A stretch of 64,000 nt of DNA from an uncultured Gammaproteobacteria bacterium. Its GTDB lineage: Bacteria > Pseudomonadota > Gammaproteobacteria > DRLM01. Below, piece after piece: positions 1 to 10,813 of this stretch; the stretch's first letter is position 1, and each line of letters opens with the position of its first letter. The notes under the pieces are model-generated. The model was not told the origin of the DNA. It did not search any database and was given only the letters and a program-made list of their open reading frames with translations. The stretch lies in the NCBI GenBank assembly GCA_963729605.1, contig CAVSNY010000003.1, forward strand, positions 224,001 through 288,000. The letters run 5' to 3'. The translations under genes and the position numbers were made by a program.

Positions 1-51
1 GTGCGTGCCGGCCTCCTGCTTGCCCTGCTGCCCCGCCTGCGACTGCCGTAA
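1..51 (+). promoter_or_regulatory. Putative leucine-rich leader peptide (attenuator) upstream of leuA; may begin before the window
   Basis: Frame 1 reads VRAGLLLALLPRLRLP-stop (7 Leu in 16 codons) and ends about 140 nt upstream of the leuA ATG. Confidence 0.55.
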
Positions 52-189
52 GGCAGACATACCTCCTTCAAGGTCCCACGCGGACCTATCCAGTTGATCC
101 ACTTGAGCGTACCGCATCTGCGGCGGACCCGCTGCGTTGCCGCGGCGGGGGCGCTCCGGTAACATGTCGCTAGCGTTTTGGAGACCACC

Positions 190-1725
190 ATGAAAGACAA
201 ATTATTTATTTTCGACACCACCTTGCGCGACGGCGAGCAGAGCCCCGGCGCCTCCATGACCAAAGAGGAGAAGCTGCGGGTGGCCAAGGCCCTGGAGCGG
301 ATGGGGGTGGATATCATCGAGGCGGGTTTTCCCGTGGCCAGTGTCGGCGACTTCGAGGCGGTGCAGGCGGTGGCCAGGGCGGTCACCGAGAGTACGGTGT
401 GCGGTCTGGCCCGCGCGGTGGACAAGGACATCGACCGCGCCGCCGAGGCGCTCAAAGGGGCGAACTCGGCGCGCATCCACACCTTCATCGCCACCTCGCC
501 CATCCACATGAAGATGAAATTGCGCATGGAGCCCGATCAAGTGGTGGAGCAGGCGGTGCGGGCGGTGAAGCGGGCGCGCCAGCACACCGACAACGTGGAA
601 TTTTCGCCGGAGGATGCCGGACGATCCGAGATCGATTTTCTCTGCCGGGTCATCGAAGCGGTCATCGACGCCGGCGCCCGCACCATCAATATCCCCGACA
701 CCGTGGGCTACGCCATGCCCCATCAATTCGGCGAGTTGATCCGGCAGTTGATCGAGCGTGTGCCTAATGCGGGAAAGGCGGTTTTTTCCGTGCACTGTCA
801 CAACGACCTCGGTTTGGCGGTGGCCAATTCCCTGTCGGCGGTGATGAACGGCGCGCGGCAGGTGGAATGCACCATCAACGGTCTGGGCGAGCGGGCGGGC
901 AACGCGGCGCTCGAAGAAATAGTGATGTCGGTGCGCACCCGGCAGGACGTGTTCCCCTGTCGGATCGATTTGGACAGCACGCAGATCGTTGCGTGCAGCC
1001 GTTTGGTCTCGAGTATCACCGGCTTCGCGGTACAGCCCAATAAGGCCATCGTCGGCGCCAATGCCTTCGCCCACGAATCCGGCATTCATCAGGACGGTGT
1101 GCTCAAGAGCCGCGAGACCTACGAAATCATGCGCGCGCAAGACGTGGGCTGGAGCGCCAACCGCATGGTGTTGGGCAAACACTCGGGGCGCAACGCCTTC
1201 CGCACCCGCTTAAAGGAACTCGGCATCGACTTCGTCTCGGAAGAGGAGCTCAACAGCGCCTTCGTGCGTTTCAAAGAACTCGCCGATAAAAAACACGAAA
1301 TTTACGATGAGGATTTGCAGGCCTTGGTGACGGACACCAACTTGGCGGCGGAGAATGAACACATCAAACTGGTTTATTCCAAGGTCTGTTCCGAGACCGG
1401 CGAGATCCCGGAGGCGGCGGTGACCCTGTGGATCGACGGTGTGGAGAAGCAGGCGGTGGCGCGCGGCGACGGTCCGGTGGACGCCACCTTCAAAGCCATC
1501 GAGTCCATGGTGCAGAGCGGTGCTAATTTGTTGCTCTACTCGGTGAATGCCATCACCAGCGGTACCGATTCGCAGGGTGAAGTGACGGTGCGGGTGGAGA
1601 AGGCCGGGCGCATCGTCAACGGCCAGGGCGCGGACACTGACATCGTCATCGCCTCGGCCAAGGCCTATATTCACGCCTTGAATAAGATGCTCGCACCGGC
1701 GGAACGCGCCCACCCGCAGCTGTAA
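190..1725 (+). CDS. leuA: 2-isopropylmalate synthase
   Basis: [34 protein letters not shown] and HESGIHQDG motifs plus C-terminal regulatory domain; GGAG RBS before ATG 190. Confidence 0.97.
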   Translation: MKDKLFIFDTTLRDGEQSPGASMTKEEKLRVAKALERMGVDIIEAGFPVASVGDFEAVQAVARAVTESTVCGLARAVDKDIDRAAEALKGANSARIHTFIATSPIHMKMKLRMEPDQVVEQAVRAVKRARQHTDNVEFSPEDAGRSEIDFLCRVIEAVIDAGARTINIPDTVGYAMPHQFGELIRQLIERVPNAGKAVFSVHCHNDLGLAVANSLSAVMNGARQVECTINGLGERAGNAALEEIVMSVRTRQDVFPCRIDLDSTQIVACSRLVSSITGFAVQPNKAIVGANAFAHESGIHQDGVLKSRETYEIMRAQDVGWSANRMVLGKHSGRNAFRTRLKELGIDFVSEEELNSAFVRFKELADKKHEIYDEDLQALVTDTNLAAENEHIKLVYSKVCSETGEIPEAAVTLWIDGVEKQAVARGDGPVDATFKAIESMVQSGANLLLYSVNAITSGTDSQGEVTVRVEKAGRIVNGQGADTDIVIASAKAYIHALNKMLAPAERAHPQL

Positions 1726-1728
1726 GTT

Positions 1729-2460
1729 ATGGCCAATCCGCCCGATCATACGTGTCGTTCCCGCTACCTGGATGCCATGGGCATTCAGGAGTGGGTGCGG
1801 CGCGATGAGGGCGGCCGTGATCCCTTAACGGTGTCCGTCAACGACGAGGCGGCCGCGGCGGTGAAAACGGCGGCTCGGGCCGGGGACGAAATCGCCGTGC
1901 TCGATTGGGAGCCGTTGCGTGAGCGGGTGCTGACGTGTACCAAATGCCCTTTGCACAAAGGCCGCACCCAGGCGGTGTTCGGGGTGGGGAATCGCAAGGC
2001 GCAGTGGCTGATCATCGGCGAGGCGCCGGGGGCCGATGAAGACCGCCAAGGTGAACCGTTCGTGGGACGCGCCGGCAAGCTGCTCAATAATATGTTGCTG
2101 GCGGTCGGCTTGCGGCGTGAAGAGGTGTACATCGCCAACATCGTCAAATGCCGTCCGCCCAATAACCGCGATCCACAACCGGAAGAGGCTCAGAGTTGTG
2201 AGTCTTATTTACAGCGGCAGATCGCGCTAATTCAACCTAGGCTCATCCTCGCGCTGGGACGGATCGCCGCGCAAAATCTGTTGAAGACCACCGAAGCGGT
2301 CGGCGCCTTGCGCGGCAAGCGTCTGCATTATGCTGATGCCGGTATTCCCCTCGTCGTCACGTATCATCCCGCCTATCTGTTGCGCTCGCCTCGAGAAAAG
2401 CGCAAGGCTTGGCACGACCTGCAACTCGCTCGCGAGATTGTGGCGACGAGCTCCCATTAA
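1729..2460 (+). CDS. Uracil-DNA glycosylase, family 4 (Fe-S type)
   Basis: [33 protein letters not shown] and TYHPAYLLR motifs. Confidence 0.93.
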   Translation: MANPPDHTCRSRYLDAMGIQEWVRRDEGGRDPLTVSVNDEAAAAVKTAARAGDEIAVLDWEPLRERVLTCTKCPLHKGRTQAVFGVGNRKAQWLIIGEAPGADEDRQGEPFVGRAGKLLNNMLLAVGLRREEVYIANIVKCRPPNNRDPQPEEAQSCESYLQRQIALIQPRLILALGRIAAQNLLKTTEAVGALRGKRLHYADAGIPLVVTYHPAYLLRSPREKRKAWHDLQLAREIVATSSH

Positions 2461-2467
2461 ATCAGCC

Positions 2468-2944
2468 GTGGCGATCGTCCTGTCATCCGATGGATCTCCC
2501 GAGGCCGTGCGCCTGCGACGCATGGATGAACGCGATTTGGCGGCGGTGATGGCCATTGAAGTGCGCGCCTATGAATTCCCGTGGACTGAAACCAATTTTC
2601 GGGATTGTCTGCGGTCCGGCTATTATTGCCGTGTTTTGGAAGCCGAAGGGCAGATACTCGGTTATGCGGTTATGTCGGCGGGGGCGGGCGAGGCGCATAT
2701 TCTGAATCTATGTGTCCGCCCCGAGTCGCGCGGCCGGGGTTATGGGCGGACATTGCTCATCGAGGTGATCGACCATGCCCGCCGACTCGGTGCCGACATG
2801 TTATTTCTCGAAGTGAGGCCTTCCAACGAGGCGGCGCGTTGGTTATATGAAAGGCTGGATTTCAACGAAGTGGGCGTGCGTAAAAATTATTACCCAACTC
2901 GTACCGGCCGGGAGGATGCGTTGATTTTGGCGCGTCACTTGTAG
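2468..2944 (+). CDS. rimI: Ribosomal protein S18-alanine N-acetyltransferase (start GTG 2468 or ATG 2522)
   Basis: AYEFPWT, EAHILNLCV, RGRGYGRTLL, FLEVRPSN, RKNYY..REDA. Confidence 0.92.
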   Translation: MAIVLSSDGSPEAVRLRRMDERDLAAVMAIEVRAYEFPWTETNFRDCLRSGYYCRVLEAEGQILGYAVMSAGAGEAHILNLCVRPESRGRGYGRTLLIEVIDHARRLGADMLFLEVRPSNEAARWLYERLDFNEVGVRKNYYPTRTGREDALILARHL

Positions 2945-3240
2945 CGTCGCGGCCCTGGCGGCATTGATTGCTTTCCCGGTCATATGGAGTATCTCCGCCT
3001 AGCCACTGCGGCAGCCCGGAAATTTTTAAGATTAAATATCATTGTTTATAATTACTTATGACCTTCTTCGCCAATTAATCATAAAAAAACTAAATTCTAA
3101 TATATAGGGGTTTATTGCAATAGCGGGTTCAGGTGCGATTGACTATAGTCGGCCGTGCCCTGCAGTTTGAAGGGTCTTATGGGGAAATCAACAAACCCGT
3201 TTACGGGTGATAACTATGATGATGGGATGAGGTCGTTTGT

Positions 3241-3447
3241 ATGCGTACTGGTACAGTAAAGTGGTTCAATAATGCAAAAGGTTACGGTTTCATTGCACCT
3301 GAAGATGGCAGTGAAGACGTATTTGTGCATTTCAGCGCAATTCAAGGTGACGGTTTTCGGACATTGGCCGAAGGACAACATGTCAACTTCGAAGTTGAAG
3401 CAGGTCCCAAGGGTTTGCATGCTGTTGCTGTAAATATGGTTAATTAA
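3241..3447 (+). CDS. Cold-shock protein (CspA/CspD family)
   Basis: [15 protein letters not shown] and [12 protein letters not shown] motifs. Confidence 0.96.
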   Translation: MRTGTVKWFNNAKGYGFIAPEDGSEDVFVHFSAIQGDGFRTLAEGQHVNFEVEAGPKGLHAVAVNMVN

Positions 3448-3795
3448 TGCTTTGAGCCGGTCTTCTCCGGACAGCGATTCAAGTGGGTTGAGTCGCTTGA
3501 AGCATATGAGCCTTGAACCGTTTTCTCGGTAAGGAATGCTTGCGGTTTTTCCTTGCCTGAGAAAAGCTATCGCTGTCCCAATTTTTTATCCCTGGCCTAT
3601 ATCAGTCGGATGACTGAAACTCGTATCAAGGTATAATCTTGTGCGCATGTATTCGTCAGCCGCTTTTATATCTGAAAATTCCCGCGGCTGCCTCGGGCGC
3701 GGGACCAGGCGATGGGGCGTGGTTCTCCGTTGAGCAGACGGAGGATTCATTTCCCGCGCGAAGTCAGACAATTTAATATTATCGCGACCAGCCAG

Positions 3796-4527
3796 ATGTC
3801 CATTGTTCCCCCCCTTGATTTGCCATCGTTCACCGTCCGAATTAGTCCACGCGCCAAACGGTTGTTACTTAAAGTATCACCGCTAGGGCAGATTGAAGTT
3901 GTCGCGCCGCGGCGGGTTGATCCTATGGCAATCCACGTGTTTGTGCAAAGTCATCATCAATGGCTGCGGCGGACCCTTGCCTGTTTGGAAGCAGAGCGTA
4001 GGCAATACCATGCTGATGAGGCGGCTTTGCCTTCGCGGATTGAGTTGCGCGCACTCGGCGAGAGCTGGTCGCTCGAGGTCATGCAGAATCCGGATACCGG
4101 GCCCGGCGGATCATCGCTAATCATACGCGATGGAAAATTATCGATTCGCGCCGCCGGCCATGACGCAACCGTCCGCGCGTTGCGTGCCTGGTTGCAGGCC
4201 TACGCCAAGCGATGCTTGGCCCCGTGGTTAAGGGAGATCAGCTTCGAGCTGGGCTTGCCGTTTCGTTCTTTAAGCGTGCGGGTACAGAAAAGTCGTTGGG
4301 GGAGCTGCTCTCATCTAGGCGCTATCAGTCTTAACCGCAATTTACTTTTTTTGCCGCCGCATCTTGTTCGTCATGTGATGTTGCATGAACTTTGTCACAC
4401 GGTACATTTAAATCACAGCGGCCGATATTGGCGGCTGGTGCGGCGTCATGAGCCATGTTATGAGGCCCATGAACGCGAATTACGGCATGGCGATCGTTAT
4501 ATCCCCGCGTGGGCCTTTCCGAAATAA
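3796..4527 (+). CDS. YgjP/DUF45-like (SprT-like) zinc metallohydrolase
   Basis: QKSRWGSCS and VMLHELCHTVHLNHS (HExxH). Confidence 0.88.
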   Translation: MSIVPPLDLPSFTVRISPRAKRLLLKVSPLGQIEVVAPRRVDPMAIHVFVQSHHQWLRRTLACLEAERRQYHADEAALPSRIELRALGESWSLEVMQNPDTGPGGSSLIIRDGKLSIRAAGHDATVRALRAWLQAYAKRCLAPWLREISFELGLPFRSLSVRVQKSRWGSCSHLGAISLNRNLLFLPPHLVRHVMLHELCHTVHLNHSGRYWRLVRRHEPCYEAHERELRHGDRYIPAWAFPK

Positions 4528-4558
4528 GCCGCGTTATGTTTCGCGCAAATCGCCCGGA

Positions 4559-5302
4559 TCAATGGGTGGCCGTACGTCTGGGAAAACAAAGTTGATAAAA
4601 ACATACCAGCCATTGGAAAGCGAACGCCAGTCCCATTAGCCCGCCACCGACCATGACGACATAAGCGAAGCCAGTGGAGACTTTGGTGAGCCACCAGGAA
4701 GCAATATCGAGAAAGATGGCGACGAACGGCACGCAAATCACCACGATTTTCAAAGTCTGATTGCGCATATACGAATGACTGAAGATTAATCCCATCAAGG
4801 CGAAGATGAAGGTGAGTCCGAACAGATGAATGTGCGAGACTCGGACCAAGGTGCCGATGCTGACGCCGGTGTCCAGTTGAGCCAGGTTCTTGATTTCGGA
4901 AAAACTGGTCAGGGCTGGAATATGTGGGTTGGAACCATCATGGCAAGCTAAGCAGCGGGCCTCGACAATGGGTTTGACTTTGGTCTGATAGGTATCTTCA
5001 TTTCCACCGTTTCTCACCCATTCCACGATAGCAGCTCGTTCCTCCGCGGAGAGCATGCTACTCATGGGCCCTTTGAGCGCGATCTCCAAGCGTGTGTCGG
5101 ATTTACTGCCGCTGTACGCGATTTGGATGTCCTGTACCGAAAGAGAGGGGTTGCCATCGCGTCCCGCATGCACTTCATAGATCTGAATCATCGCGAAGAG
5201 ATACCCGATCCCCATGACCAGCAAAATATTGATGTAAAGCGCCTTCAAACTGGCGGGCAGTTCGTTGAACAAGGGATAACGGGGATGAGAATAACTGTTC
5301 AT
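4559..5302 (-). CDS. Conserved membrane protein with a single CxxCH heme-c motif
   Basis: N-terminal TM helix, soluble loop with RCLACHDG, then LVRVSHIHLFG and about three further TM helices. Confidence 0.75.
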   Translation of the reverse strand: MNSYSHPRYPLFNELPASLKALYINILLVMGIGYLFAMIQIYEVHAGRDGNPSLSVQDIQIAYSGSKSDTRLEIALKGPMSSMLSAEERAAIVEWVRNGGNEDTYQTKVKPIVEARCLACHDGSNPHIPALTSFSEIKNLAQLDTGVSIGTLVRVSHIHLFGLTFIFALMGLIFSHSYMRNQTLKIVVICVPFVAIFLDIASWWLTKVSTGFAYVVMVGGGLMGLAFAFQWLVCFYQLCFPRRTATH

Positions 5303-5599
5303 GGTTGGGTAGCCTCTTCAGGAGCCGATGCGTTTGCGCGCACTGAATCGATGAATTGTTGAATGGATGGGGATGCGGCCATGATGGATAAGGCAAGCGC
5401 CAAGCTTGTACTCCTTGGAAAAATGCGCTTGATTACGCAAACCCGGGTCCGCAAAGGGCGGTCATTATAATGGCAGCCACCGCGAAAGACCAAACGGGAT
5501 CACTCGACACGCAAGTCAGTACGATCAATCGGCTGACTTGACTGGCGCATTGCATCATTTGCAATTATCATTCCGGCGGTCGAATGTGAGGAGTAGAGA

Positions 5600-6238
5600 G
5601 TGGGTCCGATTGATAAATTGCTCGATGGGTATAAGCGGTTCCGCGATCAGTATTTCCATCAGGAACCGGAGTTGTTCGTCAATCTGGCCGCCCGCGGGCA
5701 GGCCCCCGCGGTGGCGGTGATCGCTTGCTGCGATTCACGGGTCGATCCAGCGATCATTATGGATTGTGAGCCCGGTGACTTGTTCATCATTCGCAACGTG
5801 GCCAATCTGATTCCGCCGTATGATCCGGACGGCCGGCACCATGGCACCAGCGCCGCTTTGGAATTTGCGGTGTGCGGTTTGAAGGTGAGTCACATCATCG
5901 TGATCGGCCATGCCCAGTGCGGGGGCATACGGGCCTTATTAAAGGGCGATGACGCCGGGCAGCCGGGGGATTTTGTCGCATCCTGGATGAGGATCGCCGA
6001 CGGGGCGCGGAATGAGACCCTCGGCAATCCCGCGTTAAAAACCGCCGATGAACGCGCACGCTACTGCGAACATGCGGCGATCCGTTCATCCTTGGATAAT
6101 CTATTGACCTTTCCCTGGATCAAGGAGCGGGTGGAACAGCGGCAGCTGTGCTGCCATGGCTGGTATTTCGATATCGGGTCAGGCGAGTTGTTGCGTTATG
6201 ATCCGCTTCGAGGTGCGTTTTTAACGCATCTGACCTGA
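5600..6238 (+). CDS. Beta-class carbonic anhydrase
   Basis: ACCDSRV, PGDLFIIRNVAN, AALEFAV and GHAQCGG zinc-ligand motifs. Confidence 0.95.
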   Translation: MGPIDKLLDGYKRFRDQYFHQEPELFVNLAARGQAPAVAVIACCDSRVDPAIIMDCEPGDLFIIRNVANLIPPYDPDGRHHGTSAALEFAVCGLKVSHIIVIGHAQCGGIRALLKGDDAGQPGDFVASWMRIADGARNETLGNPALKTADERARYCEHAAIRSSLDNLLTFPWIKERVEQRQLCCHGWYFDIGSGELLRYDPLRGAFLTHLT

Positions 6239-6384
6239 TCCAATGCACCCGACGCGGGTGCGCGTTCATCATGGGTAAGCAAATGCCGGCCCGCTTCGAT
6301 CCTTTCACTTCGCTCACCCTCGAAGCCGGTATGACTGGCGAGGAAAATCCAACCCTAACGGCTTGCCGGCGTGATTTGTTGATA

Positions 6385-7038
6385 TCAATAGTGGCCGATC
6401 ACGCTTGGTGTTGGGGGGGCGCGGTGCACTATTTGTCGCGCCTCGGTATCCGTTAAATAACGCCACGGTATAGGGAAGAGGCCGGGCACCCGCCGTCGGT
6501 AAATACGGTAGGGTTCGCCGATGGTGGCGATGAGTTTGTTTTCCTCCAGGCGTGAACCGATCAGGAAATAGAGGCTGATTAAGATGGCGCTGGTTAACCA
6601 GGCCGGGTCCATGGCGCGAGTCCAGATGATGATTAACGCAAAGAAATACCACGGATGACGTACATAGCGATGGAGTGGCGAGATGTGGAAATAAACCGGT
6701 TCAGCAGGGTGCTGACGGCGGGTGTTCATGCCGAGGAATTCACCCATATCATAATGGCGCAACGACCAAGCGAAACCCGCCGCTGCTAATAAGGCGGCCG
6801 CATTGGTCAACCACCAGCTTATGCCTTGCCAAGTCCATAATGGCGGACCCGATGCATAATGCATTAAGGCGATGGGAGGCAGTAACAGAAGAACGGCGAG
6901 GACATTGTAGGCGAGCCGATAATAAGGCATGAAATCCAGCCAACGTTCACCTGCCCAGCGTTTAAATTTCAGAGAGGCCAGCGTGGAATGAATGACGAAA
7001 TAAATCAGCCAGGCTAACGCCAAACCAACTAACAACAT
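6385..7038 (-). CDS. NnrU / isoprenylcysteine carboxylmethyltransferase-like (MddA-like) membrane methyltransferase; start uncertain
   Basis: HSTLAS, YYRLAYN, HRYVRHPWY, GSRLEENKL..YRIYRRRVP. Confidence 0.8.
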   Translation of the reverse strand: MLLVGLALAWLIYFVIHSTLASLKFKRWAGERWLDFMPYYRLAYNVLAVLLLLPPIALMHYASGPPLWTWQGISWWLTNAAALLAAAGFAWSLRHYDMGEFLGMNTRRQHPAEPVYFHISPLHRYVRHPWYFFALIIIWTRAMDPAWLTSAILISLYFLIGSRLEENKLIATIGEPYRIYRRRVPGLFPIPWRYLTDTEARQIVHRAPPTPSVIGHY

Positions 7039-7546
7039 AAAATCTTGTTCGTTAATAAACGGTGCTTGGACCATCCTTGTACCCAATGATGCCGGCGCGC
7101 CTAAGAGCTTCTCGCCGAATGCATCCATCCTATCGTTTAAATACCCTGCGGGCGGTTCGTGCTCCAATTAAATCATGGCCATCTGCTATCATGAAAAATA
7201 TTTTTATGCAAGGATTATCGAGAACATTGCCCTTGTTTGCTGTACTCAAGGCGAGGGACGCTGGTATACTGGCGCCAGTCTTATCGCTGCTTCGCCGATA
7301 CTCGGCCTTTTACGGCAGCGTTCAACCCCGCCGATACGCGGGAGAGCCCACGGAAATGGGCAACGGTTTGTCCCGTATGCAAGACCTGTATAGGGGATAT
7401 TGAGGGACATTCCCGGTTGCTACTCAGCCGGGCGTGTCTGATTTTCACGGTGGCGGCAGGCCAAAACGCGGGTGTTCGCGACATGGCCACACCGCCCGTA
7501 AAGTGACCCAACGAACTGATAGTTTCGTAGTGATGGAGGGTACACC

Positions 7547-8392
7547 GTGGCGCCGTGCGAAAAAAATGCACATGTTGAAACGCGTCTTTATCAAACCCAT
7601 GGCGGCTTAAAAGCGCTGTTGTTTGCCGCGCCGATCGCAATCGCCGCGGTGATCGCGCATTTCGTCGCGCCTAAACCGCTGGTCATGATGGCGAGTGAGG
7701 CATTTGCGAATTATTGCAACGCGGATGTCTTGGCCAGTAACGAGGATTTCGCCACCGGGGATCAGGCCGGATCACACGCCTTTTTTGACACTTCGTGGTT
7801 GCCGAACTTTCGTGATTTCGCCGCGGTAAGCAGTCATAGGGACAAGGGACAAACCTTTTGGAATCCCTTAGGTATGAGTTGGTTTACCGGTGAACAATTG
7901 GATTTGCTGAATCTCGCCTTTCAGGTCGGTTATGAAGACGGCGGCGAATCCCATGCTAAATTCTTGCAAGCGGTGTTGATGCAGGAAACCATCGCCGGGC
8001 AATTGGGCCGTTTGGGCCACCTGTCCGCGCCGATGGGTAAACGTTCTTATGGCGTGATGCAGGTGAAAGTGACGGCGGCGCGCGACGTATTGCGCCATAA
8101 ACCGGAGCTGGGTCACTTCCGCACCGATGAACAATTGATCGCGCGCTTGATCGCCGACGATGCATTCAATATGCGCATCGCCTCGGCCTATCTGAACTAT
8201 CTCCGTAAACGTTTCGGCAGCGATCATCAAGCCTTGGTGGCCTATAACGTGGGGCCCAGTGCGGCCAAAAACGTGGTGGACCCGACGCAATTCAAATATG
8301 TTCAGCGCGTCGAACTGTATATGTCCAAGGTGGTGGAACCCTTCAACGGTAAATTCCCCAACGAGACCGGCCGCGCCGCCAAAAAAGTGTAA
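7547..8392 (+). CDS. Lytic transglycosylase SLT-domain protein
   Basis: N-terminal hydrophobic anchor; QAVLMQET (catalytic Glu), SYGVMQV, ALVAYNVG; GGAGGG RBS. Confidence 0.82.
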   Translation: MAPCEKNAHVETRLYQTHGGLKALLFAAPIAIAAVIAHFVAPKPLVMMASEAFANYCNADVLASNEDFATGDQAGSHAFFDTSWLPNFRDFAAVSSHRDKGQTFWNPLGMSWFTGEQLDLLNLAFQVGYEDGGESHAKFLQAVLMQETIAGQLGRLGHLSAPMGKRSYGVMQVKVTAARDVLRHKPELGHFRTDEQLIARLIADDAFNMRIASAYLNYLRKRFGSDHQALVAYNVGPSAAKNVVDPTQFKYVQRVELYMSKVVEPFNGKFPNETGRAAKKV

Positions 8393-8410
8393 GCTTTCCG
8401 CCTTGCATTC

Positions 8411-8986
8411 TCAGAAGTAATCCGGCCCCTGGCCGGGCTTCCATTTGATATTGCAGCCCAGGCTGGGTATTTGTTGTCCGCTCACCGGTTTGCCCGCCAA
8501 CAGCGCGTCCGTCGCGGCGCGTAAATCCTGGCCGGTGACCGGAATGCCGTTGCCGGGACGGCTGTCGTCGAATTGCCCGCGATACACTAAGGCCCGCCGT
8601 TCATCGAATAGAAAAAAATCCGGTGTGCAGGCGGCGCGATAGGCCTTCGCCACTGCTTGGCTTTCGTCAAATAAATAAGGAAAACAATAACCCGCCTCGG
8701 CCGCTTCGGTCGCCATTTTTTCCGGCGCGTCCGCGGGATAATTCTCGGCGTCGTTGGCGTTGATCCCGACGATGGCTAAGCCTTTTCGTTGGTATTCCCG
8801 CGTGAAATCCGCCAGCACGCCGCGCAGGTGTTTTACATAGGGGCAGTGATTGCACATAAAGATCACCAGCAAGGCCGGCGCTGATTTAAAATCGTCGAGC
8901 GTGCGCCAGCGGCCTTCGGTGTCGGGCAGGCGAAACGACGGTGCGGCGGTGCCGAGTTCCAACATAGTGGACTGGGTGCGGGCCAT
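8411..8986 (-). CDS. Thioredoxin-fold AhpC/TSA family protein
   Basis: FMCNHCPYV, AACTPDFFLF, GCNIKWK. Confidence 0.93.
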   Translation of the reverse strand: MARTQSTMLELGTAAPSFRLPDTEGRWRTLDDFKSAPALLVIFMCNHCPYVKHLRGVLADFTREYQRKGLAIVGINANDAENYPADAPEKMATEAAEAGYCFPYLFDESQAVAKAYRAACTPDFFLFDERRALVYRGQFDDSRPGNGIPVTGQDLRAATDALLAGKPVSGQQIPSLGCNIKWKPGQGPDYF

Positions 8987-9110
8987 GCTAGTGTATCTCC
9001 GTAGTGGGCGCGGTAGGTTGATGAAGATGAAAAGTGTAATCGCGGGCCGGGCCGGTCACAAGCGTTGACGGGATTAAACCGAGTGAGCCGCGCGATGGAT
9101 CTGGCAATGA

Positions 9111-9368
9111 ATGACGGCGACTATGACGGGCGGCAGTGAAAATTTCCGGCGGGTCCGGTTTTCGTTGCGGATATCTCCCGACGTGTACCTTGCTTATTAT
9201 CAAGGGGTGGCGCGCGCCGTGGCGGTGAAGTCCTTCGATGGGCGCAACATTCAATTTCCCGCCAAGATTTTGCAGCAATTCGTGACCCGGGAAGGCGTCA
9301 ACGGGACATTTGAAATGGATTTTGACGCGAATAATAAATTCGTCGCCATCCGCCGCATCGGCGATTAA
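9111..9368 (+). CDS. DUF2835 family protein
   Basis: YLAYYQGVARAV..DGRNIQFPA..FVTREGVNGTF pattern. Confidence 0.8.
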   Translation: MTATMTGGSENFRRVRFSLRISPDVYLAYYQGVARAVAVKSFDGRNIQFPAKILQQFVTREGVNGTFEMDFDANNKFVAIRRIGD

Positions 9369-9540
9369 CGGTCCTTACATCGGCTGTACTCATTCAGGTG
9401 GCGGAAGGCCGTCGCGTCGATTCATGATCACTGACGCGTAACGATGCGGACGCCCGTCTTTCTGATCGCCGGCTACGTCTCGGAGATGTTGCGCGCGGGC
9501 AGGCGGTGGGGTAGGGATGGAATCATCTACTCGACAGGTT

Positions 9541-10677
9541 TTATTTAACCCCCGTCCGCTGAGCGCGGGTGATCGCCAGCGCGTAAGGCCCGAGTTCCGC
9601 CGAGAAGGGCGAACCGGCGACCTTGCTGAGGGCGCCTGAATTGGGATCGATGTGAAACGCGGAGATGGTGTTGTTACCGTTATCCGCCACGTAGGCCAAC
9701 TGATCTCTCGGATCGACGATTACCGCGTAAGGAAACCAGGCGGTGGCGTAGGGCGAACCTTCGATTTCAGTCAGCGCGCCGGTTTCCCGGTCCAGCGTGA
9801 AGGCGGAGACGTTGTGGCTACCCCAGTTGGCAACGTAGACGAAACGGTTGCTGGGATCGACGGTGACCGAATAGGGTTGCGCACCGGCCACGAAGGGTGA
9901 GCCGCTTACTTCGGTCAGCGCGCCCGATTTGTCGTCGATGTGAAAGGCCGAGATCGTCGCCGTGCCGTAGTTGGCCACGTACATGAATTGATTGTCGTGG
10001 GACACCGCGATGTAAATCGGGTGGGGATCGGTCTTCGCGATTTGTTGGAGCGGAGTCAGCGAGCCATCGTTCTGATCGACGCGATAACTGCTGACCGATT
10101 CATCGTCGAAATTGGAGACGAAGGCGTAGCGGCCGTTGGGCGACACGGTGATACCGATCGGGTGTTTGCCGGTGGCGACCGGCGCGCCGGTCCGCTGCAA
10201 TGCGCCGGTGGTCTTATCGACCCGATACGGCGTGATCAGATTGGCGTCCTCGCTGGCGACGTAGACATAGCGGTCGTCCGGCGTGATGGTGATGGCGTCG
10301 GGATAGATCCCGACCTGGTAGGGCGACCCCGGCAATATTTCCAACGCGCCGTTTTCAGGATTGATTTTGTAGGCGGACACCGTTCCCGAGCCTTGATTGG
10401 TGGCGTAAACAAAACGACCGTCATGCGATGACGTGATCGAGACCGGGAAGCGTCCCGACTGATAAGGCGAGCCGGGCAAGGCGGTGAGCACGCCGGTTTT
10501 CAGGTCGATGCGATAGCCGGACACATTGTGAGCGGCTTGGTTCGCGGCATAAATATACTCGGCATCCGCTTCGCCGGCGTCGCGTGCCGCCGCTTGATCC
10601 GCCGCGGCGCCGGCGCTGAACGCCAATGACATCGTGATCGTTGCCAAGCCTGTACGCAAACCATGCGGTTTTTGCAT
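9541..10677 (-). CDS. Secreted beta-propeller lactonase (6-phosphogluconolactonase-like)
   Basis: Signal peptide and repeated blades (YVAN..SAF.ID..GALT.V.GSP). Confidence 0.85.
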   Translation of the reverse strand: MQKPHGLRTGLATITMSLAFSAGAAADQAAARDAGEADAEYIYAANQAAHNVSGYRIDLKTGVLTALPGSPYQSGRFPVSITSSHDGRFVYATNQGSGTVSAYKINPENGALEILPGSPYQVGIYPDAITITPDDRYVYVASEDANLITPYRVDKTTGALQRTGAPVATGKHPIGITVSPNGRYAFVSNFDDESVSSYRVDQNDGSLTPLQQIAKTDPHPIYIAVSHDNQFMYVANYGTATISAFHIDDKSGALTEVSGSPFVAGAQPYSVTVDPSNRFVYVANWGSHNVSAFTLDRETGALTEIEGSPYATAWFPYAVIVDPRDQLAYVADNGNNTISAFHIDPNSGALSKVAGSPFSAELGPYALAITRAQRTGVK

Positions 10678-10813
10678 CCGGTATCCCCCCTCTAAAAATC
10701 CGAATGTACTGTCCATGCGCCTGGCGGCGGCATGAGCTTATTCTTTACAACACCACCGACTATACAAAGCGAGGCCGGTACGATTCAAGTCAATTCGGCG
10801 AAACCTGCCGCCG

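Noticed and set aside
7336-7370. Glycine riboswitch (GCGGGAGAG start)
   Set aside because: The downstream CCGAAGGAGCAA and CTCTCAGG consensus elements are absent
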